Shown here: positions 58,340 to 64,000 of the stretch, piece after piece
How the letters are laid out: each line of letters opens with the position of its first letter
How positions within the stretch are numbered: position 1 is the stretch's first letter
Assembly: GCA_044341405.1 (NCBI GenBank)
Contig: JBIIRT010000002.1
Coordinates: 1,324-65,323, forward strand
Source of the DNA: Daejeonella sp.
Lineage (GTDB): Bacteria > Bacteroidota > Bacteroidia > Sphingobacteriales > Sphingobacteriaceae
DNA: 64,000 bases
Direction: 5' to 3'
Program-made: the position numbers and the translations under genes
Notes under the pieces: model-generated
Seen by the model: only the letters and a program-made list of their open reading frames with translations
Database searches by the model: none
Told to the model about the DNA's origin: nothing

Positions 58340-60018
58340 AGCTGTTGTTTCTTTTTTTTCTGTTCAAAGAAAATACTAATCTGTTCAAAATTCATTGCAT
58401 TCAGACAATTTTCTTTGCTCAAACCCCCTTTTCTTGCAATTAGAGTACCGAATTTCATGTCATTAAAACCTTCTTTTCTGTGAGCATCTGGATTAATCGA
58501 TAACATAACGCCCTTTGAGATGGCATATTGATGCCATCTCCAGTCGAGATCTAGCCTAAGTGGATTTGCATTGATTTCAATAATTACCTGATTGGCAGCA
58601 CAGGCATCTATAACCTTTTTATGGTCAATAGGATAGCCACTTCTGCTAAGTAGTAATCTACCAGTAGGATGTCCCAGAATCGTGGTATATGGATTCTCAA
58701 TGGCCTTAATCAAGCGTTCGGTTGCTTTAAGTTCATTCATATTCAAAACGGAGTGTACCGAAGCGACGATAAAGTCAAAACTGCCAAGTACCTCATCAGA
58801 ATAATCCAATGAACCATCATATAAGATGTCAGATTCAATTCCTTTAAATATCTTGAATGGAGAAAGCTTTTTATTTAACTCATCAATCTCGCGCTGTTGA
58901 GCCGAAATCCTAGTTTCATTCAAGCCATTTGCATAGAATGCTGATTTAGAATGATCGCAAATCCCTAAATATTCTAGCTTAAGTTCATTTTTACAGAATA
59001 GTGCCATTTCCTCTAGGGTATGAACCCCATCGCTCCAGGTACTATGATTATGCAGACTTCCCCGCAGATCAGAATATTCAATTAGTTGAGGCAAGGAATT
59101 TGATTTTACAAGTTTAAATTCATTATCCCCTTCGCGCAATTCTGGCTCTATGTACGGGATACCTGCCAGTTCATAAATTTCCGACTCTGTTTTGCCATCT
59201 ATATCGACACCTTTTAACATAGATTTCAGTATTTCTACATGCTCCTGATTTCCAGTTTTGAGAATTAGCTCCCATCCCAACTCATTATTATTCACAAAAT
59301 GTAAGTGAACAATTACACCCTGTTCAGTTTGAAATTTGATTTGATTTCCATGAATTTCTAAACCATCGATGTCCCAACTTTCAAGTTTCTGTAAAATAGT
59401 ATGGTCAAGTTCTTTAACCACTATGAGGTCAAGGCTATCAATAATTTCTGATCTTCTGCGGTATTGTCCGGTCAGCCATACATGTTCAGGCTTAATTTCA
59501 GTTTTAATTTGGTTCAAAAGGGCTTCTGCGAAGCTTTCAACCTGCGCATAGAGAAAGCGGCCATTGCTGGCCATATTAAATTCGATGGTCTTCTTTATCT
59601 CTTCCTGTGTTTTGAGTCCGAAACCCTTAGCTTCAATCAGGCGGTTTTCATTACAGGCATAATATAATTCCCCAACGTTTTCAATGCCAAGCTCCTTCCA
59701 GATGATAAGAATTTTTTTAGGGCCTAGGCCTTTTATTCGCATCATTTCGACTATTCCCGGAGGGGTTTTATTGAGTAGTTCGCTCAGATCTAACAGAGAA
59801 TTGGATTCTATAATTTCCCAGATTTTGCCGGCAATACTTTTTCCAAGTCCGTCAACCTGCTCAATTTCAGCCAGAGTTTTAGAGGCTATTGGATACGGAA
59901 GTTTATCGACCTTAAACGCCGCGTTCGCCACAGATTTGATCTTGAATGGATTTTCATCGTGAAGTTCCATTAGCTGACTTAACAATCTTAAAGTGCGTGC
60001 GATAGTTTTGTTTTCCAT
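58336..60018 (-). CDS. polX: DNA polymerase X / PHP 3'-5' exonuclease (non-canonical polymerase site)
   Basis: ENPFKIKS, HhH GLGK/GLGPK, YIEPELRE, PHP motifs LHNHSTWSDG, CDHS, GIESD, GHPTGR, NPDAH; ATG at 60018. Confidence 0.92.
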   Translation of the reverse strand: MENKTIARTLRLLSQLMELHDENPFKIKSVANAAFKVDKLPYPIASKTLAEIEQVDGLGKSIAGKIWEIIESNSLLDLSELLNKTPPGIVEMMRIKGLGPKKILIIWKELGIENVGELYYACNENRLIEAKGFGLKTQEEIKKTIEFNMASNGRFLYAQVESFAEALLNQIKTEIKPEHVWLTGQYRRRSEIIDSLDLIVVKELDHTILQKLESWDIDGLEIHGNQIKFQTEQGVIVHLHFVNNNELGWELILKTGNQEHVEILKSMLKGVDIDGKTESEIYELAGIPYIEPELREGDNEFKLVKSNSLPQLIEYSDLRGSLHNHSTWSDGVHTLEEMALFCKNELKLEYLGICDHSKSAFYANGLNETRISAQQREIDELNKKLSPFKIFKGIESDILYDGSLDYSDEVLGSFDFIVASVHSVLNMNELKATERLIKAIENPYTTILGHPTGRLLLSRSGYPIDHKKVIDACAANQVIIEINANPLRLDLDWRWHQYAISKGVMLSINPDAHRKEGFNDMKFGTLIARKGGLSKENCLNAMNFEQISIFFEQKKKKQQL

Positions 60019-60041
60019 AAAGCTAAATTTCAAAAATAAAC

Positions 60042-60069
60042 AAACCCTTCACTGAAATGTGAAGGGTTT
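60042..60069. terminator. Probable terminator after sppA
   Basis: 11-bp stem AAACCCTTCAC/GTGAAGGGTTT. Confidence 0.7.
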
Positions 60070-60104
60070 ATTAATTTTTTAAAATAATTGTGTTTGAGGT
60101 AGAT

Positions 60105-61874
60105 TTATTTCACCTGTATATTGTAAGGAATACGTGCCTGAACACCTGAAAGGTTTATGGCATGCTGCATTTGTTCATAATAAATAAATTGATCACCTAA
60201 TTCACGCTTCATAAAATAAGTCTTGATTTTATCGCCAGAATTATCGAAAAAAGATTTAATTGGGTCTACCTGATCAGGGTAGCTAACAATTTTGAAATCT
60301 TTCAACTTCGCTTTTTTTGCGGCAGAAGCAATCGCGTCATCAATATTCCCGAGTCTGTCAACCAGGCCATTTTGAAGGGCTTCCGTTCCACTCCAAACCC
60401 TTCCCTGACCAATACTGTCGACATAGGACTGAGATTTTTTTCGTCCATCGGCTACTTTTTGTGTGAAAGTACTGTAGACTTTATTGATTTCCTGCTGTAT
60501 GATCATTCTCTCTGCATCGGTTAATGGGCGATTAATACTTCCAATATCAGCATATCTACCGGTTTTAACGCCGTCAAATGTGATGCCCAACTTATTTTTA
60601 AAGAACTTCTGCATATTTGGAATTATTCCAAAAACACCAATAGAGCCCGTAATTGTGTTTGGTTGTGCAAAAATTGAATCCGCTGCACAGGCAATATAAT
60701 AGCCGCCTGACGCTGCAACATCCCCCATCGAAACAATAACTGGTTTAACTTTTTTGCTTAGAACCATTTCTCTCCAGATAACATCCGAAGCAAGTGCACT
60801 TCCACCGGGTGAATTTACCCGAAGTACAATTGCCTTAACTTTGTTATCTAGACGAGCTTTTCTAATTGCTCTTGAAATCCGATCAGAACCTATTGATTCA
60901 TCATTTCCTTCTCCGCTGATTATTTCTCCATTCGCATAAACAATTGCGATACGGTTTGATGAACCTGATGAGTTTTCTTCAGGAGCCGGAGCATATTCTT
61001 CAATACTAACTGATTTAAGTTCTTTATTCTTTTCTATCCCTGATTTTGATTTCAGTTCATCAATAACCTCGTCCTTATATTTTAGTCCGTCGATCATTTT
61101 ATAAACCAATGCATCATTTGGATTTCTTATTTTGGAACTGTCAGCCAATGAAAACAGAGTTTTTTTAGAAATTTTTCTACTTCTTGAGATCTCAGTCAGG
61201 AAGTGATCATACATTGATCCTAGGAATGAATTTACCTGCTGACGGTTTGGCTCACTCATCTTATCTAGAATAAATGGCTCAACTGCACTTTTATATGTTC
61301 CAACTTTAATGATTTGTGCTTCAATTTCAAGTTTTTCAAGAGAACCCTTAAAAAACATCATTTCGGTACTTAGTCCTCTGAAATCGATCATACCTTCTGG
61401 GTTCATATAAACCTTATCTGCAACAGATGCCAGATAATATGCCCCCTGAGTATAAACCTCGCTGTAAGCTAAAATGAATTTTCCGCTTTTTTTGAAATCA
61501 ATCAGCGCATTTCTTACCTCTTCAATGGTAGCAAAACCGGCAGCCAATGAAGAAACATCAAGAAATATACCTTTGATATGGTCATCTTTTTTTGCTTCTT
61601 CCAAATTTTCGAGGATCTCATTAAGGCCAAGCGTTTGTTTACTCTCAAAACCCATCAGACCCAATTCAGCAAATGGATTTTTATCTGTCCTTTCTTTGAT
61701 AGGATAATCCAATCTGACATGCAAAATGCTGTTGGATGCCGGACTTACTTTTTCATCGCTTCCTGCCGAAGAAACTATGGCAACAACAATGGTAATTAGG
61801 ACCAAAAAAACAACAAAAAAGGATAGAATGAAACCTATCATTGAAGCGAAAACAAATTTGAAAAACTCTTTCAT
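60105..61874 (-). CDS. sppA: Signal peptide peptidase SppA (67K type)
   Basis: VGTYKSAVEP, RVNSPGGS, SMGDVAASGGY, TITGSIGV; ATG at 61874. Confidence 0.95.
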   Translation of the reverse strand: MKEFFKFVFASMIGFILSFFVVFLVLITIVVAIVSSAGSDEKVSPASNSILHVRLDYPIKERTDKNPFAELGLMGFESKQTLGLNEILENLEEAKKDDHIKGIFLDVSSLAAGFATIEEVRNALIDFKKSGKFILAYSEVYTQGAYYLASVADKVYMNPEGMIDFRGLSTEMMFFKGSLEKLEIEAQIIKVGTYKSAVEPFILDKMSEPNRQQVNSFLGSMYDHFLTEISRSRKISKKTLFSLADSSKIRNPNDALVYKMIDGLKYKDEVIDELKSKSGIEKNKELKSVSIEEYAPAPEENSSGSSNRIAIVYANGEIISGEGNDESIGSDRISRAIRKARLDNKVKAIVLRVNSPGGSALASDVIWREMVLSKKVKPVIVSMGDVAASGGYYIACAADSIFAQPNTITGSIGVFGIIPNMQKFFKNKLGITFDGVKTGRYADIGSINRPLTDAERMIIQQEINKVYSTFTQKVADGRKKSQSYVDSIGQGRVWSGTEALQNGLVDRLGNIDDAIASAAKKAKLKDFKIVSYPDQVDPIKSFFDNSGDKIKTYFMKRELGDQFIYYEQMQHAINLSGVQARIPYNIQVK

Positions 61875-61958
61875 ATCAGGTACAAATATATTATCTATGC
61901 AATTATACAAATTACAGATATAGATTTTTGCAATTTGTTACAGAGGGTCTAAAATTAA

Positions 61959-62441
61959 ATGCAAATAAGTTACATTTTACTCGGTAGTAATCTTGGCGAT
62001 AGAAGAAAATATATTGCATCAGCAATTTCTGCTATTGGAGTAAAGCTGGGAAAAATTGAAAGAAGTTCGTCACTTTATGAAACAGCTTCTTGGGGGAAGC
62101 ATGATCAACCTGACTTCTTAAATCAGGTTATTGAACTTAAAACAAACCTTGAACCAAAGGATTTATTAGCAGAAATTTTAAGCATAGAAATTCTTTTAGG
62201 TCGTAAACGCATTGAAAAATGGGGTTCCAGGATTATAGATATTGATATTTTACTCTATGGAGATCAGGTAATTGATGAACCTGAACTGAGTATACCTCAT
62301 CCTTTTTTAGCGTTCAGACGATTTTGTCTGATGCCGCTGAATGAGATCGCTCCGAAATTCGTTCATCCAATATTGAAAAAAAATATTCAGGAATTGCTAT
62401 TTGAATTATCAGACGATTTGTTCGTAAAAAAGTTATCCTAA
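61959..62441 (+). CDS. folK: 2-amino-4-hydroxy-6-hydroxymethyldihydropteridine diphosphokinase
   Basis: LGSNLGDR, SSLYET, FLNQV, WGSRIIDIDIL, IPHP. Confidence 0.96.
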   Translation: MQISYILLGSNLGDRRKYIASAISAIGVKLGKIERSSSLYETASWGKHDQPDFLNQVIELKTNLEPKDLLAEILSIEILLGRKRIEKWGSRIIDIDILLYGDQVIDEPELSIPHPFLAFRRFCLMPLNEIAPKFVHPILKKNIQELLFELSDDLFVKKLS

Positions 62442-62452
62442 GATTTTTTTTT

Positions 62453-62700
62453 CGAAAGCTCGAAACCCCTTCTCCAACCCAACCAATTTGTCATTCCAGC
62501 GAAAGCTCGAAACTCCTTCTCCAACCCAACCAATTTGTCATTCCAGCGAAAGCTCGAAACCCCTTCTCCAACCCAAACAATTTGTCATTCCAGCGAAAGC
62601 TCGAAACCCCTTCTCCAACCCAAACAATTTGTCATTCCAGCGAAAGCTCGAAACCCCTTCTCCAACCCAAACAATTTGTCATTCCAGCGAAAGCTGGAAC
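62453..62700. repeat. 47-bp tandem array derived from a REP-like palindrome (about 5.3 units)
   Basis: GTCATTCCAGCGAAAGCT at 62490, 62537, 62584, 62631, 62678 (exact 47-bp period); only the last copy has the full TTCCAGC-GAAA-GCTGGAA hairpin. Confidence 0.92.
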
Positions 62701-62799
62701 CTCTTGACATTTAAAGAATTCATATCACTAAAAAATAAAGATTTTTTAGTGATATGATTAAGTTAATTAATCTCCTTAATTAATCTCCTGAGATTCTGA

Positions 62800-63516
62800 T
62801 TATTTAACCGATAGATTTTTGTCTCCTGATCTAAATTGTATCAGTGATACTAGAAAGTAAATAATAATAATAATCGGAAATGCCTCAAATTTTAAAAATA
62901 ACAATAGGAGTAAAGATGAAATAACTAAGATATACCTAAGCATATTCTCTTTTAAATCCAGAGTTTTAAACTTCAAGGAAATCAGTGGAACTTCAGCTAC
63001 CAAAAGCATACTCATAACAAGAATGAAGATTAGCAAAAACCATGGATTCAATATAAAATCCGCAAAAAAATTATTGCTTTCAACGATTATAAGTGGAAAA
63101 GAAGCAATTAGCAGGGCATTGGCCGGCGTAGGCAGACCTATAAAATTTTCGGATTGACGGGTGTCGATATTAAACTTGGCGAGTCTCAGGGCCGAAAAAA
63201 CAGCAATAATGAACGCTGAAAAGCTTAACCATGTTCCCCCAAATTCAGGCTGTGGAGAAAGTGCGAATAAATGAAAAATAATCATCGAGGGCAGAACTCC
63301 AAAGCTTACTACATCTGCAAGAGAATCCAATTCCTTGCCGATTTCAGAATATGCTTTTAATAAACGAGCCAACATCCCATCAAAAAAATCCAAAATGGCA
63401 GCAATAAGTATCGCATATGAAGCCCAGATCAGGTTTCCCTGAAATACAAAAACAATTCCCAGGCAGCCACTAAATAAATTCAGACAGGTTACAGAATTTG
63501 GGATATGTTTCTTCAT
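62800..63516 (-). CDS. pssA: CDP-diacylglycerol--serine O-phosphatidyltransferase (CDP-alcohol phosphatidyltransferase)
   Basis: HIPNSVT.LN, DFFDG..AR....SEIG.ELDSLAD.VSFG, RLAKFN, F.GLPTPA. Confidence 0.88.
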   Translation of the reverse strand: MKKHIPNSVTCLNLFSGCLGIVFVFQGNLIWASYAILIAAILDFFDGMLARLLKAYSEIGKELDSLADVVSFGVLPSMIIFHLFALSPQPEFGGTWLSFSAFIIAVFSALRLAKFNIDTRQSENFIGLPTPANALLIASFPLIIVESNNFFADFILNPWFLLIFILVMSMLLVAEVPLISLKFKTLDLKENMLRYILVISSLLLLLFLKFEAFPIIIIIYFLVSLIQFRSGDKNLSVK

Positions 63517-63583
63517 CAGAAATTAAGCTTATTCCTAAAGGTATGAATAACCGCTGATTATAATCAAAATCTAATCCTTTAGA

Positions 63584-64000
63584 TCAGGAATTCATTGAAA
63601 TCAGGAATTCCTCGTTAGTTTTTGTACCACGCATTTGGGATTGTAAAAACTCCATAGATTCCTGAGAATTCATATCAGCCAGATGATTACGTAAAATCCA
63701 GATTCGTTGTAGCGTATCTTTATCAAGCAATAAATCATCACGACGAGTACTGGAAGCGGTAAGATCAATAGCAGGGAAAATACGCTTGTTAGACAACTTT
63801 CTATCTAACTGTAATTCCATATTACCTGTTCCTTTAAATTCTTCGAAGATCACCTCATCCATCTTAGATCCTGTCTCGGTAAGAGCAGTTGCAAGGATAG
63901 TTAATGAACCCCCGTCTTCAATATTTCTTGCTGCACCGAAAAAGCGCTTTGGTTTATGCAATGCATTAGCATCAACACCACCTGAAAGTATTTTACCTGA
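63584..64000 (-). CDS. rho: Transcription termination factor Rho, 3' part (runs off the window)
   Basis: [55 protein letters not shown]. Confidence 0.97.
   Translation of the reverse strand, partial: SGKILSGGVDANALHKPKRFFGAARNIEDGGSLTILATALTETGSKMDEVIFEEFKGTGNMELQLDRKLSNKRIFPAIDLTASSTRRDDLLLDKDTLQRIWILRNHLADMNSQESMEFLQSQMRGTKTNEEFLISMNS

Noticed and set aside
1279-61923. Many 60-130 aa ORFs in the track overlapping larger genes (antisense or alternate frame)
   Set aside because: They lie within well-supported CDSs, show no recognisable motifs and are expected by chance
62453-62700. Possible CRISPR array
   Set aside because: Sequences between the repeats are near-identical rather than unique spacers; no cas genes or leader
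62488-62757. 89-aa ORF across the 47-bp array
   Set aside because: By-product of the tandem repeat (frame cycles every 3 units); TTG start, no protein-like features

Overview
AT-rich chromosomal window from a Bacteroidota genome. Gene content, synteny and TAnnTTTG-type promoters suggest Sphingobacteriaceae (Pedobacter/Daejeonella-like); this is an inference. It is mostly housekeeping: ychF, tRNA-Arg(CCG), nusB-yajC-coaE, glmM, iscS, accD, fbaA, secDF, thyA-folA, ispE, tgt-lptF/G, rsmG, dprA, polX, sppA, folK, pssA and the 3' end of rho. There is also an accessory oxidative-sugar region (about 2-14 kb) and a SusC/SusD pair with an S9 peptidase. No intact mobile element or CRISPR array was found. 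The most notable observation is a pair of homologous, unannotated ~330-345 bp non-coding elements, 56 kb apart in opposite orientation (128-473 and 56510-56839). Each sits between convergent genes and has near-identical sequence blocks, shared stems and a divergent but still base-paired central module. They are a candidate undescribed structured RNA (or ssDNA-hairpin) family. Also seen: a decayed ECF sigma factor gene hidden between a GT2 gene and rsmG, a PolX with substituted polymerase catalytic Asp residues, a 5'-truncated ceramidase-like gene remnant, a 47-bp REP-derived tandem array, several heptamer arrays, and two further multi-hairpin intergenic elements.
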